Notes: a model not told the origin generated them from the sequence alone. 61,612 nt of DNA from Caldisericota bacterium (GCA_029548865.1 JAKPMO010000021.1:1-61612), one strand, 5' to 3'. Counted from the first letter of the stretch, positions 44,044 to 53,477 are shown. A program made the numbers and translations.

Positions 44044-45359
44044 ATCTTGTATGTTGGCTCAAGTTTTTGCAGGAGCTTTATGATTGAGGGCCTGTCAACT
44101 CTTGCGGCGGCTTCCATCACCAGCTTGATGTTCTCCTCAAAGTCTTCCGGGTCGTTTGTGTCCGGCTGGCACATGAACATGCCGTCCAGCTTTTGCGCCC
44201 TCTTCTGTTCGGCCTCTGTCAGGAGCTCCTCGCTCATCTTTTCGCCTTCCCTCGGCTTTGTGAAGGTGATTTTGTAGTCGACGCCTTCCCTGTATCCGAG
44301 AATTTTTGCGATTGCCTTTGCCAGGTCGACTATGAAAACCGGCTTGCCGGCGTCAGGAACATAGACTTCGGCCTTCTGGGCTATTTTTGATGCCCTGACG
44401 ATGAAGCTTGAGGCCTCGTCCCTTGTGATGAAATACCTGTTCATCTGGGGTGATGTTACTGTAAGATGGCCGGAGCGAAGGAGCTGGCGCTTGAATGTGT
44501 AGACCACGTTTCCATTTGAATCCAGCACGTTCTCGAATCTTACGATGCAGTACCTGCCGGGGTTTTCCCTGGCGTGCCTGACAATTATTCTCTCTGCCAC
44601 TCTTTTTGTTGCACCCATGACGTTTGCGGGGTCAGCGGCCTTGTCGGTGGAGATGAATGTGAAAAGCTCCACGCCATGCTTTTTTGCCATCGCGAGTGCG
44701 TTCATTGTTCCGCCAATGTTGGTCGTGACGGCCTCTTCCGGGAACTTTTCCATGAGCGGGACGTGTTTCCTTGCGGCGACGTGGAACATTGTCTGTGGAT
44801 GGTATGCGTCCATGATTGACGACAATCTGGAGAGATCCCTGATGTCTGTGACTATAGCTGTTTTGTTTGCGAACCCGTCAATGCTAAGGTCGAGGTCGAC
44901 CTCGTAGACGCCATTTTCCGAGTTGTCCAGCAGGACAAGGTGTTCCGGGCCAAACGATGCGACCTTTATGGCAAGATCGGAACCTATTGAACCGCCAGCC
45001 CCTGTGATCATGACTCTTTTCCCCTTGAGGTAGTCGCCATCACCCGGGGTTGAAGGTGGGCGTTTTGGGAAAAGACCTGTTTCCATGAGCCTTTTTATCA
45101 GCTCATCGTCGCCAACCTCCCTTTTTATGATGCATCCTGCCGGGAGGAGTTGCAGCGGAACGGAAAGCTGGTCGCAAAACTTGTGGACATTACATGCGTG
45201 GCCAACATCGGAATAGGCAAGCACAAGGTCGATCTGGCCAGCATATCTTGCCAGCTCGTCCGGGTTGCGCAGGACGCAGGCCACCTTGTAAACATCGGAT
45301 TTTTCAAGCTGTTTTACCAGCTCTTCCGAACCTTCGCCGACTATGGCCACCCTTATCAT
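44040..45359 (-). CDS. UDP-GlcNAc 4,6-dehydratase-like polysaccharide biosynthesis protein (PglF/CapD family) without N-terminal TM domain
   Basis: TGAGGSIGS, KHVPLME, STDKA, MGATKR, R.GEKM.EEL; ATGA overlap gives start 45359. Confidence 0.88.
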   Translation of the reverse strand: MIRVAIVGEGSEELVKQLEKSDVYKVACVLRNPDELARYAGQIDLVLAYSDVGHACNVHKFCDQLSVPLQLLPAGCIIKREVGDDELIKRLMETGLFPKRPPSTPGDGDYLKGKRVMITGAGGSIGSDLAIKVASFGPEHLVLLDNSENGVYEVDLDLSIDGFANKTAIVTDIRDLSRLSSIMDAYHPQTMFHVAARKHVPLMEKFPEEAVTTNIGGTMNALAMAKKHGVELFTFISTDKAADPANVMGATKRVAERIIVRHARENPGRYCIVRFENVLDSNGNVVYTFKRQLLRSGHLTVTSPQMNRYFITRDEASSFIVRASKIAQKAEVYVPDAGKPVFIVDLAKAIAKILGYREGVDYKITFTKPREGEKMSEELLTEAEQKRAQKLDGMFMCQPDTNDPEDFEENIKLVMEAAARVDRPSIIKLLQKLEPTYKI

Positions 45360-46549
45360 TTGAACACCTTTTTGATTTCCTGTGCCTTCTCGTGGGCCTC
45401 GATGATTGTGCCGATGACTGCTTCCTGCTGGGCGTCCGTCATTGTTCCGAACAGTGGTGGACATATCATCTCTTCCGAGAGTTTTGTTGCCACCGGGCAG
45501 TCCTGTTTGTTGTTTGCAAAATAGGTGTGGTTAGAAACTGCAGGATAGAAGTATTTTTTGCACTCAAAGTTTTCCCTTGCCATGACCTCGGCCAGTTCGT
45601 CCCTTGTTAGCCCGAACTTGTCTCCGTTTACCCTTATGGCAAAGTCTTTGTAGGAGCACCTGTCTTTTGGGTCAATCTTCTGGAACGACAGCCCGGGGAT
45701 CTTTGAAAGCTTGTCCTTGTAGAGCCTGACCCTGCGGTTTCTCTCGTCTGATTCTGACTCAAGCTTTGTCAGCCCCCACCTGCCAAGTATGGCGTGGAGC
45801 TCCGACATTCTGCCATTCAGGCCTGGATAGACCATGTCATGCTTTCCGGGTGCCGTGCCGTATTCCCTGAGTATCCTCAGGTTTATGGCCATGTTTTCGT
45901 CGTTTGTAGTTACAAACCCGCCTTCACCGGAGGTCAGGAGTTTTGTTGGTGTGAGCGAGAACGAAGAGGCTATTCCTTCCGAGCCGATGCCTTTGCCCCT
46001 GTGAAGGATTCCAAACCCGTGTGCAGCATCAAATATTACCGGAACGCTGGTTTTTTCTGAAAGTGAAATGACCTCGTCAACACCTGTCGGGTTTCCGAAG
46101 ATGTGGGTGCAGAGAATAGCAAGCGTATCGGAGCGGAGTTTTTTTTGTGCGTCTTTTACATCGATGTTGAAGGTTTCTTCATCTGCATCCACAAATACCG
46201 GGTCGAGTCCGGCCCACAGTGCGGCCGAGGCTGTTGCGAGGAAAGTAAAACTTGGGACAAGAACGGTGCGCCTGTCTTCATGCCTGAGCCCCTTGCTCCA
46301 CTTGAGCGATGCGAGTGCCAGGGTAAGCCCGACTGTGCACGATGAAACACCAACAGCGTATTTTACGCCAAGTACCTGGCAGACTTCTGCCTCGAACTCG
46401 GAGAGCTGGTCGCCCTTTGTGAGTATGCCGGAGGCAAGCGAGATGGTGAGCCTTTCGGCTATGTTTGCAAGTTCCGGGAGTGGCGGACGGCAAAGCGGTA
46501 TCTTTCCTGGGTAATGACCGGGTCCACCTAGTGTTTTGAGTCTGTTCAT
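45356..46549 (-). CDS. DegT/DnrJ/EryC1/StrS sugar aminotransferase (PglE/VioA-like)
   Basis: VPSFTFLAT, FDAAHGFG, SLTPTKLLTSGEGG (PLP lysine), GLNGRMSE. Confidence 0.92.
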   Translation of the reverse strand: MNRLKTLGGPGHYPGKIPLCRPPLPELANIAERLTISLASGILTKGDQLSEFEAEVCQVLGVKYAVGVSSCTVGLTLALASLKWSKGLRHEDRRTVLVPSFTFLATASAALWAGLDPVFVDADEETFNIDVKDAQKKLRSDTLAILCTHIFGNPTGVDEVISLSEKTSVPVIFDAAHGFGILHRGKGIGSEGIASSFSLTPTKLLTSGEGGFVTTNDENMAINLRILREYGTAPGKHDMVYPGLNGRMSELHAILGRWGLTKLESESDERNRRVRLYKDKLSKIPGLSFQKIDPKDRCSYKDFAIRVNGDKFGLTRDELAEVMARENFECKKYFYPAVSNHTYFANNKQDCPVATKLSEEMICPPLFGTMTDAQQEAVIGTIIEAHEKAQEIKKVFK

Positions 46550-47196
46550 TTGCATTCCTCCAGTGCGTCTGGGTTTGCAACACCGTCAAGCCTGGAAATT
46601 GGATCGTCTGGTTCGGCATCAGAATAGACGGTGTTTGGTTTTGCTATTGTTGAGAAAGTCATGAATATGATCTTCATGTCGGTTGCGAAAGCCACATGGT
46701 CCGCATACCAGCAGTCAAGCTCGATTTTTTTTGGCCAGGAGATGTTGTTTCTGCCGTTGACCTGTGCCCAGCCGGTTATTCCAGGTTTGACCATGAGGCG
46801 TTTTTTCTGTTCCTCGTTGTACCTCTTTGCTTGATAGATCATTGATGGCCTTGGACCAACAATGCTCATGCTTCCCTGGATGACGTTGAAAATCTGTGGC
46901 AGTTCGTCGAGAAAGCTCCTGAGGTGTTTTCCGACCTTTGTTATTCTTGGGTCGTCCTTGGCGGTGTATATTCCAGTGCCTATGTTTACGGCATTCTTGA
47001 CCATTGTCCTGAACTTGACGCAGTTGAAAGGTTTTTCACCCTGCCCCATTCTTTTCTGGATAAAAAATACGGGGAAGCCATCGTCAATGACGATGGCCAA
47101 TGAAATAAACAGGAGCAATGGGGAGAGAACAATGGTCCCCAAAACTCCCAGGACTAGGTCTTCTATACGTTTCCAAGCTGGATTAATGATTTTCAC
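46546..47196 (-). CDS. Monotopic phosphoglycosyl transferase (PglC-like initiating sugar transferase)
   Basis: KRIED, KFRTM, DPRIT, LDELPQ, MSIVGPRP, PGITGWAQV. Confidence 0.92.
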   Translation of the reverse strand: MKIINPAWKRIEDLVLGVLGTIVLSPLLLFISLAIVIDDGFPVFFIQKRMGQGEKPFNCVKFRTMVKNAVNIGTGIYTAKDDPRITKVGKHLRSFLDELPQIFNVIQGSMSIVGPRPSMIYQAKRYNEEQKKRLMVKPGITGWAQVNGRNNISWPKKIELDCWYADHVAFATDMKIIFMTFSTIAKPNTVYSDAEPDDPISRLDGVANPDALEECK

Positions 47197-48283
47197 CTGG
47201 CCTCCACTCAGCCCTGTAAATCGGGAAGAAACTCACGGACTGGGGGTCAAAATCTTCATGGGAGCAATTATGCTCATATTCAGTCTTAAGTTCAATGAGT
47301 TTTAGGTAGAGATCGGGTATGTGGAGCCTGTCGTAGATGAAAAAGTCTTTCTCGAGCTGTGAAAAGTTCAGCTTGAAAAGATATGTGCCGTCTTCGCCGC
47401 CTGCACCGCCACCAAGCACAAAGCTGTGGCACCCACGCTCCTTGCATTTGAGCAGCATATCAAAAAACAGCAGATTGTTTGGCCTGAGTTCTTGGTAGTC
47501 CCTGTTTGTTGCAGACAGGTATGAATACGCCACGCCACCATGCTGGATTATTATTATCGAGGCCACAAGTTTTTCTTCAAAATAGGCACCGAGGATGAAG
47601 CAGAATTTCTCGTCCATCCGTTCCATTGCCTCGAAAAAACTTTTTGGAAAATAGTACCTTTCGGCCGCGGTGTGGTATTCCATGGTCTGATAGTAAAGTG
47701 GCGGGAACTGTTCAAAACCCTCGGGGCCCATTTCTCTCACAGAAACGCCGTCCCTGACTGCCTTGCGCATCTTCTTGCGGCCTTCCTTGGTCATTCCAGC
47801 CTCAAGCTCTTCCGTTGTTTTTGTGAGGTCGACCCAGACGACCTTGCCCATTCTTCTGACATTGTAGCCAGGGCCAAGGTTGGTGTTTGAAAGAAGGACC
47901 TGGACCCTTCCAAACTCTGTTACGATGCGCCTCTTCTTGCAAAACTCCCCAAATTCTTCGTTGAACTGTTTTACGATGTCGTAGGGAACACCATCTTCAA
48001 AGTTGTGGAAAATGCCCCCGTACTCTGGTGAGGTTATGTCAAAACATGGGCCGAGCTCTTCCATTATTTTTTTGCCAAATGGCAATTCGATGAGCGGCCT
48101 GACCAAAAAAGGGTAGAAAATGACCTTGTCGCCAAATTCTGCGTAGACTGCCTCAAAAGAGTATGGGTATGACGCTTCCCACATTTTTCCCAGCTCCGGA
48201 TGGGCATAGCAGTCAGCGGAGGGGACCTTTTTTATTACCTCAAGCCATTTGTCCCTGTCCCTTGTGGTCAGGCTTTGCATCAT
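47183..48283 (-). CDS. FemAB-like double-GNAT acyltransferase
   Basis: SPEYGG, VWVDL, RKKMRKAVRDG, YYFP.SFF, RPNNLLF, FVLGGG, FK.NF. Confidence 0.8.
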   Translation of the reverse strand: MMQSLTTRDRDKWLEVIKKVPSADCYAHPELGKMWEASYPYSFEAVYAEFGDKVIFYPFLVRPLIELPFGKKIMEELGPCFDITSPEYGGIFHNFEDGVPYDIVKQFNEEFGEFCKKRRIVTEFGRVQVLLSNTNLGPGYNVRRMGKVVWVDLTKTTEELEAGMTKEGRKKMRKAVRDGVSVREMGPEGFEQFPPLYYQTMEYHTAAERYYFPKSFFEAMERMDEKFCFILGAYFEEKLVASIIIIQHGGVAYSYLSATNRDYQELRPNNLLFFDMLLKCKERGCHSFVLGGGAGGEDGTYLFKLNFSQLEKDFFIYDRLHIPDLYLKLIELKTEYEHNCSHEDFDPQSVSFFPIYRAEWRPGENH

Positions 48284-48807
48284 GTGGTGATAAGCTCTTC
48301 TTTCAAAAGACCCATCAGATTTTCGTCCACATACTCCCCACCCCTGAAATTCTGGCGCCTTAGGACACCCTCGAGTTTGAACCCAACCCTTTCGTAGAGC
48401 TTTATTGCTTTATCGTTTGTGGTGAGGACAGTTAGCCACAGCCTTACCATCCCAAGCTCCTCAATTGCAAATTTGACCAGTGCGATTGTAGCGTCGGTGG
48501 CATAACCACCACCCCTGTACCTTGGATCGCCAATAAAAATGCCAAAACCGCAGTGCCGGTTTATGAAATCTATATCGTAAAGGCCAATGTTTCCGATGTA
48601 CTCACCAGAATCAGCCTCTATTGCAAACCTCTTGTTTTTTCTGTCGCTCCGCACTCTTTCGAGCCAGAGCTTTTCGTCCTCGGGAGAAACAGGAAAATGC
48701 CATCCAATCAGGTTCTGCTGGATGGACTTGTCGTTCCTCCATTGCACAAGCTTTGGAAGATCGTCGTCCCTGATGGCTCTGACCAGGGTCTTGGCGCCTA
48801 CGATCAA
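48280..48807 (-). CDS. GNAT N-acetyltransferase (PseH/RimJ-like)
   Basis: VQWRND, IFIGDPRYRGGGYA, NDKAIKLYERVGF; GGAGGT precedes TTG 48807. Confidence 0.85.
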   Translation of the reverse strand: MIVGAKTLVRAIRDDDLPKLVQWRNDKSIQQNLIGWHFPVSPEDEKLWLERVRSDRKNKRFAIEADSGEYIGNIGLYDIDFINRHCGFGIFIGDPRYRGGGYATDATIALVKFAIEELGMVRLWLTVLTTNDKAIKLYERVGFKLEGVLRRQNFRGGEYVDENLMGLLKEELITT

Positions 48808-49228
48808 GGTCACCTCCAATCTAAGATAATTTATGTTGCTTGCTCATTTTGGTCAAGTAGGTTGCACCTACTTGCAAAATATTTTAACAATTTTTTCAGC
48901 GTGTCACAATTTGCCAGCTTCAAATATTTTTTTAAATGGGATCTTTTGGTTTTGTGATAGTGGTTGTTGTTTTTTATAGAAATATTTTTAATTGTCGATT
49001 TTCATCAAACTGGATATTTAAATTTTGTAAACCTGTATCGGAAATCTGTTTCCGCGTGCAGCAGAAGTATTCCAGTTTCGAATGCCAGTTTGGTTATATC
49101 AAAAAATAGCAATGAATCCTATTTTTTGTTTTAATATTTTATATTATTAATAATTATTATCGAATAATATTATATTTGCTTGTCTCCTACTGTTCTATTT
49201 TTATTAATATTATTAAAATGTAAGCGAT

Positions 49229-49759
49229 ATGGAAAATGGTAATTGCAAAAGTGTAAATCGTTCAAGAAAAGTCAAGCTTTTTGACGATGGTTTTTCTTTA
49301 GACTGGCAGATGAATACCGGGTTGCCCGCAAAACGAACTTTTCTTTTTGAGAAAACCTGCACTTTATTGAGCAATGAGATGATCTTTGGATTTGATCTTG
49401 TGACCACAAAGAGATGTTGGCAAACAAATGAATATGGCCCCATTTTGTTTGTGATTCCTCTCCAGGATGGCCTGGCGGTTTTTGGGCATGATGGAACTAG
49501 TGCTGTTTTAGACAGCTTGACCGGGGAAGTCAGGTGGCGCAAGGAAACAGGAGCGGCTGCCACAATGCCCCTGTTTTGTTTTGAAAAACTTTTTGTTGCA
49601 ACGAGCAATACTCTTTTGTGTCTTGATATTGCTGATGGCCATATCATCTGGGCCTTTGAAACACCAGACAACATTGTTGCCGGGCCCTCTTGCCGTGATG
49701 GCAAAATAGTTATTGCCGATTCTGGCGGGCATGTATTTTGTCTTGCCCCGCCCCAATAA
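49229..49759 (+). CDS. Short PQQ-repeat protein without signal peptide (possibly a truncated propeller)
   Basis: LDSLTGEVRW, CLDIADGHIIW, GGHVFCL; only about 4 blades. Confidence 0.55.
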   Translation: MENGNCKSVNRSRKVKLFDDGFSLDWQMNTGLPAKRTFLFEKTCTLLSNEMIFGFDLVTTKRCWQTNEYGPILFVIPLQDGLAVFGHDGTSAVLDSLTGEVRWRKETGAAATMPLFCFEKLFVATSNTLLCLDIADGHIIWAFETPDNIVAGPSCRDGKIVIADSGGHVFCLAPPQ

Positions 49760-49784
49760 ATATTGTTAGAGTTGTGATTGTTTT

Positions 49785-49815
49785 ACAGGCCCCCAACCGG
49801 GGGCCTGTGTTTTTT
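49785..49815. terminator. Rho-independent terminator
   Basis: ACAGGCCCCC-AACC-GGGGGCCTGT followed by a T run, between convergent genes. Confidence 0.82.
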
Positions 49816-49818
49816 GTG

Positions 49819-50589
49819 TCACATTTTCTCGAATGGAAGCAGGATTTCGGTTACCGGACCTTGGGGATCGTTAGGCTCTGTCAGATAGATTTCTCTTGTG
49901 GGATGCGATATCTTTAACCCCTTTGCCTGCGCCTGGTCAAAACCAAATTTGTAAGCCTGGCCTAATCCGCTATAGGGCCCCTTGTAAATGACCGAGAGTG
50001 CTTTTACGCCTGGTACGGTTATGGTGGCACCTGAAGATACTGGAACACATACTTCCATGTCGGCCGGCTCTGGTGCACCTTCGCTGTGGTACAAAACAAA
50101 CGGGGCACCGCTACAATTGCAGCCAGCCTTGAAAAACGCTTGCTGAATCATCTCCCCGATCTCGGAGTACATCCCGATTTTTCTGACCGAAATGACTTGC
50201 ATTGGTTTTACTTCTTTTATCGTCGACTCAAAATTCATTATTACCTCCAGAAGTGATTTGTTTTCGATGAGCTCCCTGCACAATTTCTCTCTCTTCTGGT
50301 CCTTATCAATCCTCTTGCCGAGGCGCCTCATGTGCTCAAGGACGATGTCTTCCGGGAATTGTCCTCTTTTCATTGCCTCAAGGAGGCGCGCAATCTCCAC
50401 AAGCGGCATATCGACATCTCTGAGTTTGGCAATGGTTCGACCTGATAAAACTTGGCCATCTGTGTAATACCTGTAGAGATTGTCGCCAACAAATTCAGGG
50501 GACAATAGCCCCATCCCATCATAGTGGCGGAGCATCTTTGCGCTGATTCCAGTTATTCTTGAAAACTCACCTATTGTGTAGCGGCTCAT
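49819..50589 (-). CDS. MerR-family regulator with C-terminal GyrI-like ligand-binding domain (BmrR-like)
   Basis: YTIGEFSRITGISAKMLRHYD..GLL.P...YRYY; C-terminal KGPYSGL...REIYL...TEILLP. Confidence 0.92.
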   Translation of the reverse strand: MSRYTIGEFSRITGISAKMLRHYDGMGLLSPEFVGDNLYRYYTDGQVLSGRTIAKLRDVDMPLVEIARLLEAMKRGQFPEDIVLEHMRRLGKRIDKDQKREKLCRELIENKSLLEVIMNFESTIKEVKPMQVISVRKIGMYSEIGEMIQQAFFKAGCNCSGAPFVLYHSEGAPEPADMEVCVPVSSGATITVPGVKALSVIYKGPYSGLGQAYKFGFDQAQAKGLKISHPTREIYLTEPNDPQGPVTEILLPFEKM

Positions 50590-50598
50590 CGTTGTCAC

Positions 50599-50629
50599 AT
50601 TCTGGTCCTTCCCATAATGGGAAGGTCAA
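50599..50629 (-). promoter_or_regulatory. MerR-type promoter/operator
   Basis: -35 TTGACC (50629-50624), 19-nt spacer, -10 CAGAAT (50604-50599); dyad CCTTCCCA-TTA-TGGGAAGG spans the spacer. Confidence 0.8.
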
Positions 50630-50696
50630 TAGGGTTATTTTAAATGTTCGTGGGGCCACCACAAGATGAACATAAAATTTATTGAATGGGGAATAC

Positions 50697-51068
50697 TTAT
50701 TTTCTATTTTCGCTTGAATGCCTTGGATGTTTGATAGTGGATGTTTCCAAGGATCTGATTATTTCTTTTGAGACCTGGTAATCACCTTTTGTGATGTCTT
50801 GCACCTTTTTTGCGATCTGGTTTACCCGATCCGGAACAATACCGTAATACGCCCATTGCCCCTCGCGCTCAACCTTTACAATGCCCTGGTATCTCAACAC
50901 CCTCAGATGCTGTGACACTCCTGCTTGTGGGAGCCCCAGTGCATCAACAAGTTGCCCCACACAAAGCTGGTCATATTTTGACAGCAGGGCAAGGATGGTG
51001 AGTCTTGTTGGCTCGGCGAGTGCTTTTAATCCACCTTCGAGGCTGAAATTATTTCCGGTTGTTCTCAT
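50697..51068 (-). CDS. ArsR/SmtB-family transcriptional regulator
   Basis: KALAEPTRLTIL, LCVGQL, VSQHLRVL, REGQWAYY. Confidence 0.9.
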   Translation of the reverse strand: MRTTGNNFSLEGGLKALAEPTRLTILALLSKYDQLCVGQLVDALGLPQAGVSQHLRVLRYQGIVKVEREGQWAYYGIVPDRVNQIAKKVQDITKGDYQVSKEIIRSLETSTIKHPRHSSENRK

Positions 51069-51098
51069 TTGCATAATATGTTAGAATCCGTAACAGCA

Positions 51099-51842
51099 AT
51101 GAGAAGCACAGAAAAGTTTAAAATTGTAAATAAAAATTTACAAATAATCAGTTTAGGAGTAATAATTTTAGCTCTTGTTTTTTCAGCCGAGCCGATCCTT
51201 GCTGAGCTAAAATTGCACATAGAGGTTCCAGTTTCAGGTCTTCACACCAGAAGCAAAACAATTGACGTCATAGGAACAATTTCTGACGCATCCGTTGCCC
51301 AAGTCAAAGTCACTTTTGATGGGGCCACAATCGATGAAATGAACCTTCAGTGCAAAGATGGAAGGTTCCAGACCCAAAAAGAACTTGGCTCCGGCAAAAC
51401 AGTTGTGAGCGTGTTTGCCAAAGATAAAGCTGGAAACCAGACAGAATCAGGAGTTGTGGTCTTCAGGGATTGCACGGTCAACACTGCCCTTGGCTCCAAC
51501 ATGGCCTTTGTGAATGCAGATGAGGAATGGCTTCTCAACCCAACGCAACTCATATCAAACAGGTCCATGGTGCCTTTGAGGGACTACTGCCAGTTTTTTG
51601 GCGCCCAACTCATCTGGGATGCCCCAACCAGAAAATTAGTATTGACCCTTGGCAGAAGAAAAACCCAATTCCAGATTGGGTCATCCAAAGCAATAGTCGA
51701 TGGGAAATCTGCAACAGTTGATCCTGTGCCACAGATCATCTTTGGCTCCACCTATGTGCCGGCAAGATTTTTTGCCCAGGCAATTGGCGGTGGTGTCGGG
51801 TGGCACAAGGAATCAAAGACGCTTTCGGTTTCCGTGCCGTAG
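51099..51842 (+). CDS. Secreted Ig-like + stalk-domain protein
   Basis: Hydrophobic signal; AKDKAGN Ig strand; RSMVPLRD and STYVPARFFAQAIGGGVGW. Exact start uncertain. Confidence 0.78.
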   Translation: MRSTEKFKIVNKNLQIISLGVIILALVFSAEPILAELKLHIEVPVSGLHTRSKTIDVIGTISDASVAQVKVTFDGATIDEMNLQCKDGRFQTQKELGSGKTVVSVFAKDKAGNQTESGVVVFRDCTVNTALGSNMAFVNADEEWLLNPTQLISNRSMVPLRDYCQFFGAQLIWDAPTRKLVLTLGRRKTQFQIGSSKAIVDGKSATVDPVPQIIFGSTYVPARFFAQAIGGGVGWHKESKTLSVSVP

Positions 51843-51876
51843 TTATTGCAAGCAGTTTTGTGTTGAAAATGAAATA

Positions 51877-53274
51877 TTATTTTGTCACACCATGCTCATC
51901 AAAGTATTTGAGCAACTCAAAGGTATTGGCAATGATTATCGTGTCCATCAGATCATAGACTTTGTTTTCGGTAATGGCATAGATGTAGTCCTTGTTCTTT
52001 TCATCGTCAAAGCTCACAATTACACTGGTGATTTTCTCAGGGATAGGCTCAAAGTCGACAATGTAATTGCGAAAATGTAGGTCCATAAAACAGATGGCCA
52101 CTTTCAAGTAGTACTGGCCTTTCTCCCATTTTCCAAAGTAGGCCCTGATATTGTCCAAAGCTATCCTGAAAAATGTTTCCCCAGCCAATGGTTCAAGATA
52201 TTCATCGGATAGTTTCTTCAACGAATTATAATTAATGCCATATCTTTTATATCCCAAGGGAGGAAGATAGTACAATCCGTCTTTTGTTGGAAAATAATAG
52301 CTATTTACTGATTTGCTGTATTCAATACCATCAAATTTGTAGAATTTTGTATTATCTTCATTATATCGTCTGTCACCGATAAAATCACTGTTGAAAACAA
52401 ATGTTGATTTTCCATCAAACAGGGCAATATTGTGATTAACTGAAAAATTTTGAAATGCAATATCAAATGTAGCTTTTGAGATAGTTCCAATTTGACCAAG
52501 TGGGATTGTTTTTGTGGGCTTGAATACAGGGTCATTTTCATAGTAGTCAAAAACAAGCAGATTGTCACCGTCATAGCCAAGGCAATCGGATTGTATATAA
52601 TGACCACTTACTGGTTTTCTAAACAATATTTGTTTTTGCAGATCAAGTGATTTGACAAATTTGCCTTTGAAGTCATAAAAAGAGATGTGTTTCAAGTCAT
52701 CGTGCTGGCAGGCAACAAGAGGTATTCCTCCTGCAATATCATTGAAGACAGTAATTATCCTTGTGGCATCTGTTGGGACTTCAAATGCCTTGTATGTTCC
52801 GCTGATTGCCTTTAAATCATTCTTGTCCTTGTGTGAAGAGGGAACCACATAACTGACAAGGCTATTTGTCCCATTTCCCGTTTTGCATATGGAGAAAATG
52901 TGTGCATAGTCATCATAACTCAGATATTCAGTTCCTTCCTTTGGGGGGAATTCATGTACTTGTCCATTCCTGATGTAAACATAGGTCTGCAAAGCTCTTC
53001 CAGGTATGGGAAGTTCTTTCAGCACCTTCTGAAGGGCACTGTCTTCACATATCTTGATTGCGTTATCCGAAATGAGGATTGGTCTTAATGTTGTTAAATC
53101 CTCAGAATAAATCTCAAGAACACATATCAGATCTCCACTGATCCTGGAGTCATATGCAAGCTTGAGTTTTTGTGTGTGCGGTCTCCAGGGGAAAATGAGT
53201 TTATACGAAAAGAAAGCAACTCCTACCAGTGCCAGTGTAGACACTAGGACAATAAATAGTTTTTTGTTTTTCAT
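51877..53274 (-). CDS. Membrane-anchored hypothetical protein (paralog of 15130..16488)
   Basis: N-terminal TM helix; CLGYDGDNLL...KTIPLGQIGTISK shared motif; AT-rich. Confidence 0.7.
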   Translation of the reverse strand: MKNKKLFIVLVSTLALVGVAFFSYKLIFPWRPHTQKLKLAYDSRISGDLICVLEIYSEDLTTLRPILISDNAIKICEDSALQKVLKELPIPGRALQTYVYIRNGQVHEFPPKEGTEYLSYDDYAHIFSICKTGNGTNSLVSYVVPSSHKDKNDLKAISGTYKAFEVPTDATRIITVFNDIAGGIPLVACQHDDLKHISFYDFKGKFVKSLDLQKQILFRKPVSGHYIQSDCLGYDGDNLLVFDYYENDPVFKPTKTIPLGQIGTISKATFDIAFQNFSVNHNIALFDGKSTFVFNSDFIGDRRYNEDNTKFYKFDGIEYSKSVNSYYFPTKDGLYYLPPLGYKRYGINYNSLKKLSDEYLEPLAGETFFRIALDNIRAYFGKWEKGQYYLKVAICFMDLHFRNYIVDFEPIPEKITSVIVSFDDEKNKDYIYAITENKVYDLMDTIIIANTFELLKYFDEHGVTK

Positions 53275-53477
53275 TTTCCTCCGCTTCAGTCTGCTTTGTG
53301 CTCACACATAAATATTATTCAAATTATACTTTTTCAGCAAATCTTCCAAGTAATTTTTTGAATTTGTGTCCGCATCAAAATTGCAATTCATTGCTAATTT
53401 ATTGCTGGAAAGCGTTTCTGCGGCTACAATCTCCTCCACCATTCAATTCCGGATGCAAAAGTGTTATCATTTGCAGT

